Assembly: GCA_040217195.1 (NCBI GenBank)
Contig: JAVJNR010000006.1
Span: 186,193-250,192 of the forward strand
Reading direction: 5' to 3'
Length of the DNA stretch: 64,000 nucleotides
From: Leptospiraceae bacterium
Lineage (GTDB): Bacteria; Spirochaetota; Leptospiria; Leptospirales; Leptonemataceae
Every line of letters starts with the position of its first letter. Position 1 is the first letter of the stretch. Position numbers and translations under genes: made by a program. Below are positions 47,230-56,765 of this stretch, piece after piece. The notes under the pieces are model-generated. The model did no database searches and was not told the DNA's origin. It was given only the letters and a program-made list of their open reading frames with translations.

Positions 47230-48141
47230 CTACGATGCAGCAGCAATACCCTGGTTTTCTGTTGGCCTGGTTTTCCAGCGTCGATGCACCCAGAAGTATT
47301 GCTCCGGACATTTTCGGATTTGATTTTCCAGAGCTTTCACCCAGGTTTCGGTATAGTGTCGGATGGCCTGCTCCCGATCCGGGAAACCCTTGAAGTCCAC
47401 GGCACCCAGATCTTCTATATTTACATGGACCTTGCCATCTTTACCATGAGTGGCGCTGTACATCAGGATATTTGAGCCAGTTAGTCCGGCCATTAGGGCC
47501 GGACCGCGAAACGTGGCTGCCGGACGACCAAAAAAATCTACAAAGATTCCTGATTGTCCGGCGTTTTGATCGGAAACGAAGCCCACTCGTCCACCTTTTC
47601 GTAGATAGCGAATGGCCTTCTGGCTTTCTTCTACCTCAAAAAGCTCAATACCGCTGGATTCCCGCACCTTTTTGTACCATCGATCTACAAAAGGATTGCT
47701 GAGTTTTTTATAGATACCGCCACCTTTCAGGATTCGGCCTGTGTATTGAACCAGAAGTTCCCAGGTCCCCAGGTGTCCACAGTTGCAGATGATTCCGTTG
47801 CCCCGATCCAGTGCCTTTTGCTCCTGATCACGGGAATCCCCTTCATAGACCAGGTATTTATCGTAGAAGGCTCGAGTCATTCGTGGGCCGTAAAATGAGT
47901 CCGCGATTAAATTCCCCAGGTGAAACCAGGTTTTCTTAGTTGTGGCCTTTACCCAGGCTTCATCTTTTTCCGGGAAGGATTGTCGAATATTATCTGCAGC
48001 AATCCTCCTGTATTTTCCAGACAGTGGATATAGAAAGCCTGCCAGAAAACGACCATAAGCCAGACACCAGCGATAGGGTAGAAGTTTAAACGGAATAGAA
48101 AACCAGAGAATCAGTAGATAGACAAGAAAGTACCCGACCAT
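47230..48141 (-). CDS. Lipid A biosynthesis acyltransferase (HtrB/LpxL family)
   Basis: HLGTWE (H-x4-E), SDQ, VDFFGRPA, PEQYFWVHRRWK. Confidence 0.92.
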   Translation of the reverse strand: MVGYFLVYLLILWFSIPFKLLPYRWCLAYGRFLAGFLYPLSGKYRRIAADNIRQSFPEKDEAWVKATTKKTWFHLGNLIADSFYGPRMTRAFYDKYLVYEGDSRDQEQKALDRGNGIICNCGHLGTWELLVQYTGRILKGGGIYKKLSNPFVDRWYKKVRESSGIELFEVEESQKAIRYLRKGGRVGFVSDQNAGQSGIFVDFFGRPAATFRGPALMAGLTGSNILMYSATHGKDGKVHVNIEDLGAVDFKGFPDREQAIRHYTETWVKALENQIRKCPEQYFWVHRRWKTRPTENQGIAAAS

Positions 48142-48378
48142 TGCAGAGCAGATTCCAGCAACGCTTCTGTACAGAAAGCGAAAAACGGCACTCTAATTAA
48201 ACCGAATCCAGCAATCGGATTCGGCTTTCAGGCCACTGACCGGACTGACGAATCATTGCCACATCGGATGCGCATCCACGTTTTAGCTTTTACTCGCAAT
48301 ACTGCTTTTATCTGCATTTCGGCTTTTGACTGCATTTCGGCATCGGCAGGCTGTCGTTGAAAAATCAATCTTCCCAAT

Positions 48379-49383
48379 TCAATCGGAATTCAATCTCTGC
48401 ACAATATACTCCAGGGCCTGAACTTCTGCATCCCGGGCCCATTCATTTCTGGATGCATTGAAATTATGGTCTCCCCTGGGTATCAGTACGAGCTTTGCTG
48501 GAATACCGTACTGTCTGGCCTTCCAGTAAAAACTAATACTCTGGGTGGCAGGCACCAGACGATCTCTTTGACCATGAATTAGAAGCATGGGAGGAGCATT
48601 CTTGTGTAACTGAGCTCCCGGTGAGATCTCTTTAAACTTTGCATTGAGATAAGCTCTTTTCTTGACCAGGTTTGTCTGCTCGCTTGCCGGGGGTTCAGGT
48701 AAGTAACGTTCCAGAATACCTTTAATACCCGGTGAGCCCACTTGATATAGTTCCCCTGGTTCCATGGGAGCATAGAAAGAGACCACAGCCATAGGAGGGA
48801 ATGCGTTGGCCCGATTACGGGAAACTTCTTCGTCGAAACCTGGACTGTCACTTACTTTGCGAGTCAATTCCAGACCGGTCATTACGGCGATGTGGCCACC
48901 GGAGGAAAAGCCCATAATGGCAATCTTATCTGGAGGAATGTTAAAGTCCGATGCATGACTCTGAATGTAGCGAAAGGCTTGAATGCTATCCTCGATGGGG
49001 GCCAATCCGCGATAATCCGGTGACACTCTATGCTCTATAGAAAAAGCCTTTAGACCCCGCTCATTAAGTGCTTCTACCCAGTCCTGAAAAAGAGGCATGT
49101 CCGGTCCTTTGATGGACCATCCACCTCCATGAATGAAGATAACAGCCCCTGCAGGCTCTTCACCGCCGGTGGGATAGGAGAGCATGGTTAGCTCTTCTGG
49201 ATCCTCCGCAAAAACGATTTCCTCTGTACCATCCGGACGGAAGTACAGACTACGATGAATCAAATCCTGGCGCAGATTTGCATTGATGGTACAGCTGAAC
49301 AGAAAGAGGATCGGGAATAAAGACAGGCTCCGGATCATCGGAATTCCAATTCCATGGGGGCCTCTGGAATTTCTATTCATCAA
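48379..49383 (-). CDS. Alpha/beta hydrolase (HSL-like esterase), probable lipoprotein
   Basis: HGGGW, GFSSG, HGQRDRLVP, GDH; LFSC lipobox-like; start may be the downstream MIRSL. Confidence 0.88.
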   Translation of the reverse strand: MMNRNSRGPHGIGIPMIRSLSLFPILFLFSCTINANLRQDLIHRSLYFRPDGTEEIVFAEDPEELTMLSYPTGGEEPAGAVIFIHGGGWSIKGPDMPLFQDWVEALNERGLKAFSIEHRVSPDYRGLAPIEDSIQAFRYIQSHASDFNIPPDKIAIMGFSSGGHIAVMTGLELTRKVSDSPGFDEEVSRNRANAFPPMAVVSFYAPMEPGELYQVGSPGIKGILERYLPEPPASEQTNLVKKRAYLNAKFKEISPGAQLHKNAPPMLLIHGQRDRLVPATQSISFYWKARQYGIPAKLVLIPRGDHNFNASRNEWARDAEVQALEYIVQRLNSD

Positions 49384-49487
49384 TCACTCCTGAGATGCAC
49401 TTTTTGCGCGCCCTTCGATTGACTCTCAGGAATGGCTGCTGTGCGAGTTTATATTTCTCTGCTCATCCACCAGAAGCGGATGGCCAA

Positions 49488-49946
49488 TCAATAAATGCCC
49501 AGCATCATCTGAGCCTCTTCAGAGGCCATTTCTCTGGGATTCCATGGAGGTGAAAAGACAATCTCTACTTCAGCATCTTCGATTCCGGCTACCCGAAGGC
49601 AGGCTCCGTGCACAGCTGTCTGGATCTGAGGTCCTACCGGGCATCCCATGGAAGTTAAGGTCATGGTTACCATAGCTTTGTCGCCATCCAATTGAACGTC
49701 GTACACCAGTCCAAGCTCAGTGATTGCAATTCCGATCTCCGGATCAGCCACGGTTCCAATTTCTGTCCAGATCAGATCGATGGTTTCAGCCTGGCTTCCT
49801 GGTGGCGCATCGGATGTCTGGCTACCTGCAGGTGCTCCGGCAGGGCTACTATCCTGGCCGGAAGTAGCATCAATCTGTGATGCTACGGGCTCGGAGGCTC
49901 CGGACTCGGCCGAGGCATCGATTTGTGGTTGGGTTTCGTCTGACAT
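49488..49946 (-). CDS. DUF59/SufT-like metal-sulfur cluster assembly factor with low-complexity N-terminus
   Basis: DPEIG..ITELGLVY, TLTSMGCP, FSPPW. Confidence 0.9.
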   Translation of the reverse strand: MSDETQPQIDASAESGASEPVASQIDATSGQDSSPAGAPAGSQTSDAPPGSQAETIDLIWTEIGTVADPEIGIAITELGLVYDVQLDGDKAMVTMTLTSMGCPVGPQIQTAVHGACLRVAGIEDAEVEIVFSPPWNPREMASEEAQMMLGIY

Positions 49947-50043
49947 TCTAGAGCTAATATACTGGGAGCGCTCCCCAGGGTCAAGGGGCTGGCAGCCATT
50001 CGCTAGCCTTCTGCAGGCAAATGTTCTAATTCAATTGGGATTT

Positions 50044-50718
50044 CTACTCCAGCCCAAGCAAAGCAACATGGAATTTGCGATCCACGAGGCCATTCATGTT
50101 ACTTTCCACAGTCTCATTATGGTCCTGGAAATCCTTCAGAACCAGGCCTGTACCTGCTAATACCTTCAGAAGGTCCTGCCGGTTGTAAGTTGTAAATCCA
50201 TGCTTGACCACCGGAAGGGTTTCCATGAATTCCTTCTCTCCCAATCCAATGGCTACCCTGCCATCGGGCCGCAGAACTCTGTGAAATTCCCGGAACAGGG
50301 CTTCCGGTTTCTTCCAGAAATAGATACTGTTAACCGTTAGAATTGCATCTGCAGAATCATCATCCATGGGCAGGGATTGTCCATCGTAGAGTTTGAATTT
50401 TGCCTGGCTGGAAAAACCCCGGTTTCCATCCTTCGCCTGCTCATGCATGGTAGAGGATATTTCCAGCCCAGAATAGGATAGGGTTTTGTATTCTTGCAGC
50501 AACTCCGGGACATGGGCTCCGCTACCGTGACCAACCTCGATGAGGGATTCGCCGGGCCGCAATTGCAAGGCTGCCGCAGACTTGCGAATCATGTTGATAT
50601 TGGTGCTGTGCATCCTCTGCCCAACTTCAATTCCGTCTTCGCCTTTTGGATGGCCCAGTTGAGCAGCAAGTGCCCTGGCTTCATCTTCAGTCATTCCCAT
50701 ATGCATGGATAGAATCAA
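50044..50718 (-). CDS. Class I SAM-dependent methyltransferase (true start probably one of the ATGs at 50694-50706)
   Basis: EVGHGSG, GLEIS, TVNSIYFW, RVLRPDG. Confidence 0.9.
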   Translation of the reverse strand: MILSMHMGMTEDEARALAAQLGHPKGEDGIEVGQRMHSTNINMIRKSAAALQLRPGESLIEVGHGSGAHVPELLQEYKTLSYSGLEISSTMHEQAKDGNRGFSSQAKFKLYDGQSLPMDDDSADAILTVNSIYFWKKPEALFREFHRVLRPDGRVAIGLGEKEFMETLPVVKHGFTTYNRQDLLKVLAGTGLVLKDFQDHNETVESNMNGLVDRKFHVALLGLE

Positions 50719-50847
50719 GGGGATCCGTATGAAAGAAGAAAACTGCGCCGCTTTTCCGTTTGGCCGGGCTAGAATCGCTTGATGGGATCGATTTATTGTG
50801 GGCGGGGCCAGGAGGCTTCGGGTTATCAGCGACCACTATGGAAGTGA

Positions 50848-50876
50848 GTTCCAGAAAAGAAGCCCAGTGAATCTAC
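50848..50876 (+). repeat. 29-bp direct repeat, left copy
   Basis: gttccagaaaagaagcccagtgaatctac, identical to 53549-53577. Confidence 0.93.
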
Positions 50877-50877
50877 G

Positions 50878-52149
50878 TTATCTCTTACCACTCGCATTGG
50901 GCCAGCGATACACTTGGATGGGTAGATCTTCGTAGCCCCCGTTTCGTATTTCAGTGACTCGGACCGGGCCCCCGGCTGGATGGAAAATTAAGTCCCTGGA
51001 ATCCAGGGTGTCTGGGATTCCGCCCTTTCCTTCCCCATAGAAGATCGCAACCTGATGACCGAAATGGATGATGTCCCCGGGAACAATTCCATTCGGGGCA
51101 AGTTTCAGGGCTTCCTGATTACTGTCCACGTAGGCTTCCGCGGAAGCTGTAGCAGTGCGGCTCTTTTTGCCTTCCCGGACACCGGCTGTGGAATGCGGCA
51201 ACCCCTCTGGTAGAAAGAATGGACCTCCTGGAACTGCAATCGCATATCTGTGTAATCGGGACGGAATCACATAAGGGGTATCTTCCCCCAGTCTTCGTCG
51301 CCCATAGATGGCAAAGGAAACGCAATCCACAGCAAGATTTAGGTCCGCTGCATGGCTGCCCCAAATCCTCCCGGGAGGCAGAGAGAAGGGCACATTTCTC
51401 ATCTCAGCAAGGTAATCGATATACTGGTTGCCACTGCGAACTACCACTTGAATCAATCCGGGGAACTCCTGCAGTTCCCGTGGTTCAGAATGGTCCGGAC
51501 AAGGAGCAAAGAGGTAAGTGCCCGGCTTGCGAATCTCTAGTTCTTCCAAACCCCATGAGAGAATCTCTGGAAAACTCTCGCTACCGTTGACGCCGAAGAC
51601 TTCTTGGTCTTCGAAGAGGTGCAGTGGGCTGGGTCTTCCTCTTCTGAAAAATTTCCTGAAACCACTCCTTTGCTTCCATTCCAGGCCGCCAAGTATGTCT
51701 TCTTTCAGCGTGGGCCCGGGACTTTCGGTTACACTTGCTCGGAGCTCATCGGAATCTTGTACCCGTAACAACAGTCCCTGATGATTCTCCGGCAGCGAAG
51801 CTTCATCGTCGTTTGTGCGAATGTTCCATCCAAAATCTACCTCAGGCTTTTGCTGTCGCACCCTTACTGCGATAGAAAATGGAGAGTAGCTCTGTGACGA
51901 TTCCCTGACCTTCCATGTGTATGACTCCTGCACGATCCTTTCCTGGTAGCCTATTTGCGGGATCAGGACACACCAACCCTTCGTTAGGCGATGTGCGGAC
52001 ACTCTCCGAACTTCCCCGGGGCCAAGATAATAAATTACAGGGGGGTCGGAGGGCTCCCTGGCGTAGACGCCGGAGAACGAATATAGGGACAGCGTAGCAT
52101 AACCCAGGGCGAGCATGGTTATTGAAAGTCTTTGGGTTTGGCGTTTCAA
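50878..52149 (-). CDS. Secreted hypothetical protein with a putative papain-like (NlpC/P60-type) C-terminal domain
   Basis: Signal peptide; VDCVSF (Cys) and PGDIIHFGHQVAIF (His) in NlpC/P60 order. Confidence 0.55.
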   Translation of the reverse strand: MKRQTQRLSITMLALGYATLSLYSFSGVYAREPSDPPVIYYLGPGEVRRVSAHRLTKGWCVLIPQIGYQERIVQESYTWKVRESSQSYSPFSIAVRVRQQKPEVDFGWNIRTNDDEASLPENHQGLLLRVQDSDELRASVTESPGPTLKEDILGGLEWKQRSGFRKFFRRGRPSPLHLFEDQEVFGVNGSESFPEILSWGLEELEIRKPGTYLFAPCPDHSEPRELQEFPGLIQVVVRSGNQYIDYLAEMRNVPFSLPPGRIWGSHAADLNLAVDCVSFAIYGRRRLGEDTPYVIPSRLHRYAIAVPGGPFFLPEGLPHSTAGVREGKKSRTATASAEAYVDSNQEALKLAPNGIVPGDIIHFGHQVAIFYGEGKGGIPDTLDSRDLIFHPAGGPVRVTEIRNGGYEDLPIQVYRWPNASGKR

Positions 52150-53489
52150 TTGCGGCCCAGTGTGAAGATTTCAGCGATGCAGGTGTCTTCATATTCGCTT
52201 CCCGGGAAGACATCCAGAATCTCAAAGCGAATTGTTTTTGATTTGTTGAAGCTATCCCCTTTATCCACAAGTTCCGAAACCATGGGAAAAAAGGCCTCAG
52301 GCGTAAAGTTGTAATCAAGGTCTCGAAGAGAGTATTCCGTGCCGGATTCCTCGATCAGTTCCGTTGAAGATCGCTTCTCCAGAAGCCGGAGACGCCGGAT
52401 CCGGGGGTTCGCAATATACAACTGCTTAGAATTGGGAACGCCGGCAATGATTCCGATATATGCAATGCTGACTTCCTGCGGAAATTCAATCTCTATCCAC
52501 TGGCCTTTGCCAATGCCCGGAACCCCTTCGCACCAGACTGTTCTGGGATTTCCATCTATCAGGTTTTCTGCTCCATAATCAGGTCCCAATTGCGAAGAAA
52601 CTCGTATAGTGACGCCAGATCTCAAGGCGGTCTCTTTGAAAAATTCGCTGAGCTTATAGTTGGAATTTTCATATTCGAGCGTTAGCGGCAGAGCTGAGTT
52701 GATGTTAAGGTTTTGCACCTGGGCTGTTATCACAGAGCCTTTCCTTTCGTAAGGAAAGGGTATTATAAGGCTTCTTATGCTAGCATTCTGTCTACTCAGA
52801 TCGCTTAGGTCCAGACGGAAATTAAGATCTATGTGCTCCGAGCCTTTCCAGCCTCTGGCGGGGCTGAGGTCGTACTGAAAGCTTCTTGTTCCAAATCCGG
52901 GGAGAAATGTCTTCGATACTCCGAAATCCGAATAGTAGTTTCTGGCAGTATAAGAGATTTCCAGAGTGGATTTTTTATGCCCAGGAATTGTTAGGTTGGA
53001 TATCTTCCAATAGAGTTTCCGTAGTTTATGATCATCCTCTATACGGGACGTAAACGGACGCTTAATGGATTCTACACTCTGGGGCCTCCCGTTCAAGAGT
53101 ATTCTGAAATTTCGGATTTCAGATTCATCGAAATTAGTATCTGTTTGATCTAAAAGGAAGGGGAACCCATACTCAACCTCCACAGCTGAACCAGGGTTGG
53201 TCAGAGTATAGATAATTCGGACTTTAGCTGAATCATCAATGATCTGGACATCCAATTTCTCATGAAGTAGTTCTGCGGAGGTATCCTTGATTCGGATTCC
53301 TCCGGCGAATTCAATGTGTCCGCCATCAATGGGACCACCATTCCCGAACACAGCTTTTTGTCCGGGAGGAGCTATAATAGATCCAAAGAGTAATACAACG
53401 AGGACAATAGCAGAGAATGCAACTTCTGAAAGGAGACCGACGCGCATTCGTGTTATAGGAGAAAGCATTACCTTAGATAGCTTTACCAA
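52146..53489 (-). CDS. Secreted DUF4424-like protein with a C-terminal discoidin-like (F5/8-type) domain; start uncertain
   Basis: NGG...ELLHEKL, YGFPF, FQYDLSPARGWKG; C-terminal NLIDGNPRTVWCEG..G.G.GQWIEI...DTCIAEI. Confidence 0.7.
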   Translation of the reverse strand: MVKLSKVMLSPITRMRVGLLSEVAFSAIVLVVLLFGSIIAPPGQKAVFGNGGPIDGGHIEFAGGIRIKDTSAELLHEKLDVQIIDDSAKVRIIYTLTNPGSAVEVEYGFPFLLDQTDTNFDESEIRNFRILLNGRPQSVESIKRPFTSRIEDDHKLRKLYWKISNLTIPGHKKSTLEISYTARNYYSDFGVSKTFLPGFGTRSFQYDLSPARGWKGSEHIDLNFRLDLSDLSRQNASIRSLIIPFPYERKGSVITAQVQNLNINSALPLTLEYENSNYKLSEFFKETALRSGVTIRVSSQLGPDYGAENLIDGNPRTVWCEGVPGIGKGQWIEIEFPQEVSIAYIGIIAGVPNSKQLYIANPRIRRLRLLEKRSSTELIEESGTEYSLRDLDYNFTPEAFFPMVSELVDKGDSFNKSKTIRFEILDVFPGSEYEDTCIAEIFTLGRN

Positions 53490-53548
53490 TCAGATTTTCC
53501 AGAAAAAAAGGGATAAGTCAGGTACCGTATTTCGGTAACCGGTCATGG

Positions 53549-53577
53549 GTTCCAGAAAAGAAGCCCAGTGAATCTAC
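53549..53577 (+). repeat. 29-bp direct repeat, right copy
   Basis: Identical to 50848-50876. Confidence 0.93.
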
Positions 53578-53610
53578 ACCAGGTCCCTGGAATATCTAGA
53601 GCCGGGAGCG

Positions 53611-53934
53611 TCATACCTCCGAAATCTTCGCATCCGGCCAGATTCCGCGGATTTCCTCTTCTTGATGACTGGCTGAGAATCGCTCCCACAGAATTCCATT
53701 GCAGTCCTTTTCGGCGCTGAACCCGGTAGCTTCTGGATCTTCCCATCCAAGATGACGGAGAGCCCCGGACGGAGTGGACGGATCCTGACGAATGGAAACA
53801 TTCAAGCTTTCCGTTCTCCAGAGGGCATATTCTCCGGCGATGACCGAAACTGGCTCCGCCCCCAGGCGCTTTGTGTAATCTTTTACCGATTCGTCTATGT
53901 CGGACGTGGAGAGGGCAATGTGGAATCGTTTCAT
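53611..53934 (-). CDS. VOC/glyoxalase superfamily protein
   Basis: RFHIALS..DIDESV..Y...LG, LRHLG, DCNGILWE. Confidence 0.82.
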   Translation of the reverse strand: MKRFHIALSTSDIDESVKDYTKRLGAEPVSVIAGEYALWRTESLNVSIRQDPSTPSGALRHLGWEDPEATGFSAEKDCNGILWERFSASHQEEEIRGIWPDAKISEV

Positions 53935-54093
53935 AGGGCAAGAGTGACAATCAGGGACCTGCGACGCCAGTGAAATTGAACAGTCGCGGTAGTGTCCGTT
54001 GTTGTTCTAAGCTGGCAGTGAGGCTGCACAGGCTCAGATGCAAAGGGCCCAATGGAATCGCACAGAATAGAAATGATGATTTTACAAAAATAC

Positions 54094-54121
54094 AAAAAAG
54101 CCCGCCGTAGTGGCGGGCTTT
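54094..54121 (-). terminator. Rho-independent terminator of hppA
   Basis: aaaaaa-gcccgcc-gtagt-ggcgggc-ttt. Confidence 0.85.
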
Positions 54122-54172
54122 CAGGCAGGACTCGGAGTGGAGTCCTGCATTTAAATTCCATGAGCGGATGGA

Positions 54173-56383
54173 TTACATCTTAATCACGGAACCGAATACT
54201 TTAAGCAGTGGTGCAATTACCAGAGCAACTACACTCATAAGCTTGATCAAAATGTTGATAGATGGTCCGGAAGTATCTTTCAATGGATCACCTACAGTAT
54301 CGCCTACAACCGCCGCTTTGTGCGGATCGGAGCCTTTCTTGTAAGTAGTTCCATCAATATCCACTCCGCCTTCGAACATCTTCTTGGCGTTGTCCCAGGC
54401 ACCACCAGCGTTAGACTGGAAGATAGCCATCAGAACACCGGATACAGTTACACCGGCCAGAAGTCCACCCAGGGTTTCGGCGCCGAATAGAAAGCCGATT
54501 ACTACTGGAGTGACTACAGCCAGAAGACCAGGAAGCATCATTTCTCGGATAGCCGCTTTGGTGGAAATCTCAACGCATTTCGCGTACTCAGCTTTTCCAT
54601 CCGCAGCATCGAATACAGCTCGGTCTTTTTCTGTAATTTTCTCGAAGTCATTGTCATACTTCTTCATGATTGCAAGAGCATCTTTCAACTCAGGAATGCT
54701 ATGAAACTGACGACGCACTTCAGCAATCATATCCATGGCTGCACGTCCCACAGCGCCCATAGCCAGGGCTGAGAACAGGAATGGCAGCATGCCTCCCACA
54801 AAGAGTCCGGCCATAACATAAGGATTGGCCACATTGATTGCAGTTACTCCGGCCTGGCTCATGAAAGCTGAGAACAGAGCCAGAGCTGTAAGTGCTGCAG
54901 AAGCGATAGCAAAGCCTTTACCGATGGCAGCAGTCGTGTTACCTACAGCATCCAGCTTGTCGGTTCTTTCTCGAACTTCGCTGGGAAGCTCAGACATTTC
55001 TGCGATTCCGCCTGCGTTGTCTGCAATAGGACCGTAAGCATCAACAGCCAGCTGAATACCGGTGTTGGCCAGCATTCCCAGAGCTGCGATGGCAATACCA
55101 TACAGACCGGCGAAGAAATAGGCCAGAAAGATACCTGCAGCGATGATGATAATCGGGATAGCAGTGGACTGCATACCTACGCCCAGACCAGCAATGATGT
55201 TGGTTGCTGAACCGGTAGTAGATTGCTTAACGATGGAAAGAACAGGACCCTTGCCGGTACCGGTATAGTGTTCTGTTACGAATCCAACTAGAAGGCCTGC
55301 AATCAGACCAACGATAGTCGCAATGAATACTCCCAGGCTGGTAAATGTTTGAGCTTCGCCAGTCAGGATTCCTTGAGCGCTCCAGGATTCAGGAAGCATG
55401 TAGTCGATGGCAAACCAGGCGCCAACCAGCATGATGGCTGCGGCCACAAGCTCTCCAACGTTAAGAGCTGTTTGCGGATTACCGCCTTCTTTCACTCTTA
55501 CGAAGAAAGTTCCGATGATGGAAGCCACAATTCCGATGGCTGCAAGCGTTAAAGGAAGCAGCACAGCTCCCAGTTCTCCAGCAATACCAGGGTTGTCAGC
55601 AACTGCCAGAGCACCCATAAAAGTAGCGCCCAGAACCATAGAACCCAGGATGGATCCTACATAGGATTCGAAAAGGTCAGCGCCCATACCGGCTACGTCA
55701 CCTACGTTATCGCCCACATTGTCAGCGATGGTGGCCGGGTTCAGAGGATGGTCTTCAGGGATTCCCGCTTCAACCTTACCTACCAGGTCAGCGCCCACGT
55801 CAGCGGCTTTGGTGTAGATACCACCACCCACACGAGCAAATAGAGCGATGGAAGAGGCGCCCAGAGAAAAGCCAGAAAGAATATTCAGTACTTTGCTGGT
55901 GGCCTTACCATCGAAGCCGTACATCATTTCATAGACTGCGAATAGTCCGCCAAGACCAATAATACCCAGGCCCACAACAGAAAGCCCCATTACGGAACCG
56001 CCGGAGAAAGCAATGGATAGAGCTTTTTCCAGTGAAGTTCTGGCTCCGTTGGTTGTACGAACATTGGCCTTGGTGGCCACTCTCATTCCTAGAAAGCCTG
56101 CCAGTCCGGAGCAAAGAGCTCCTACAACGAAGCTTAGAGCTACCAGAGGTGAGGAGCTTTCTTGATCCGCTGAAATCCCCAGAAGGAGAGCAACAGCTAA
56201 TACAAAAATAATGAGTACTTTATACTCAGCCTTTAGAAAGGCCATGGCACCATCAGCAATATGCTTTCCGATGCTTTTCATTTTTTCGGTTCCTTCGTCC
56301 TGCTTACCAATCCACAGGGTTCGCCAGAAGCCGAATAGAAGGGCCAGTACGCCCGATCCAATCGCAAGATACACGAATTCCAT
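54173..56383 (-). CDS. hppA: Membrane-integral ion-translocating pyrophosphatase, K+-dependent type (probably Na+-pumping)
   Basis: [26 protein letters not shown] (Ala signature), [14 protein letters not shown]. Confidence 0.95.
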   Translation of the reverse strand: MEFVYLAIGSGVLALLFGFWRTLWIGKQDEGTEKMKSIGKHIADGAMAFLKAEYKVLIIFVLAVALLLGISADQESSSPLVALSFVVGALCSGLAGFLGMRVATKANVRTTNGARTSLEKALSIAFSGGSVMGLSVVGLGIIGLGGLFAVYEMMYGFDGKATSKVLNILSGFSLGASSIALFARVGGGIYTKAADVGADLVGKVEAGIPEDHPLNPATIADNVGDNVGDVAGMGADLFESYVGSILGSMVLGATFMGALAVADNPGIAGELGAVLLPLTLAAIGIVASIIGTFFVRVKEGGNPQTALNVGELVAAAIMLVGAWFAIDYMLPESWSAQGILTGEAQTFTSLGVFIATIVGLIAGLLVGFVTEHYTGTGKGPVLSIVKQSTTGSATNIIAGLGVGMQSTAIPIIIIAAGIFLAYFFAGLYGIAIAALGMLANTGIQLAVDAYGPIADNAGGIAEMSELPSEVRERTDKLDAVGNTTAAIGKGFAIASAALTALALFSAFMSQAGVTAINVANPYVMAGLFVGGMLPFLFSALAMGAVGRAAMDMIAEVRRQFHSIPELKDALAIMKKYDNDFEKITEKDRAVFDAADGKAEYAKCVEISTKAAIREMMLPGLLAVVTPVVIGFLFGAETLGGLLAGVTVSGVLMAIFQSNAGGAWDNAKKMFEGGVDIDGTTYKKGSDPHKAAVVGDTVGDPLKDTSGPSINILIKLMSVVALVIAPLLKVFGSVIKM

Positions 56384-56765
56384 GTAATCTTCTCCTTATA
56401 TTAATGATTGCGCATCTGCATTGCTGCTTTGCGCCCGAAAGCGGATATTTCAGGCTTTCTGGCCTAAAACATCCCAGCTGGCCGGAGAACCGGCCTTTCC
56501 CGGCCCGGAACAGTGTCGAATGAATCAAGTTCTGGTGAGATTCATCGAAGATGGAATATAGGACCATTCCCATCTCGCCAGGAAGGCCATCAGCACAATG
56601 ACCGCCCCACAACTGTCAAGCCGAAAACCCAGCCCCCGTCCCTTGCAGTGGACTTCCTTTGCTGAAGATAGAAATGGGCCTCTCCAGAGATCCAGAATCG
56701 GCTCCGGGGATAGTCTGCAGCAGCCCGGCAGGGCCGAAAAGGTTCCAATCCGGGAAGTTCAGAAA

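Noticed and set aside
48304..48341. Two-copy 18-bp-period tandem repeat (ctgcatttcggc) and nearby hairpin
   Set aside because: Short local duplication with no further structure
50848..50876. Both repeat types contain TCTAC and GTTCC
   Set aside because: Five-mers in opposite order; cannot be distinguished from chance
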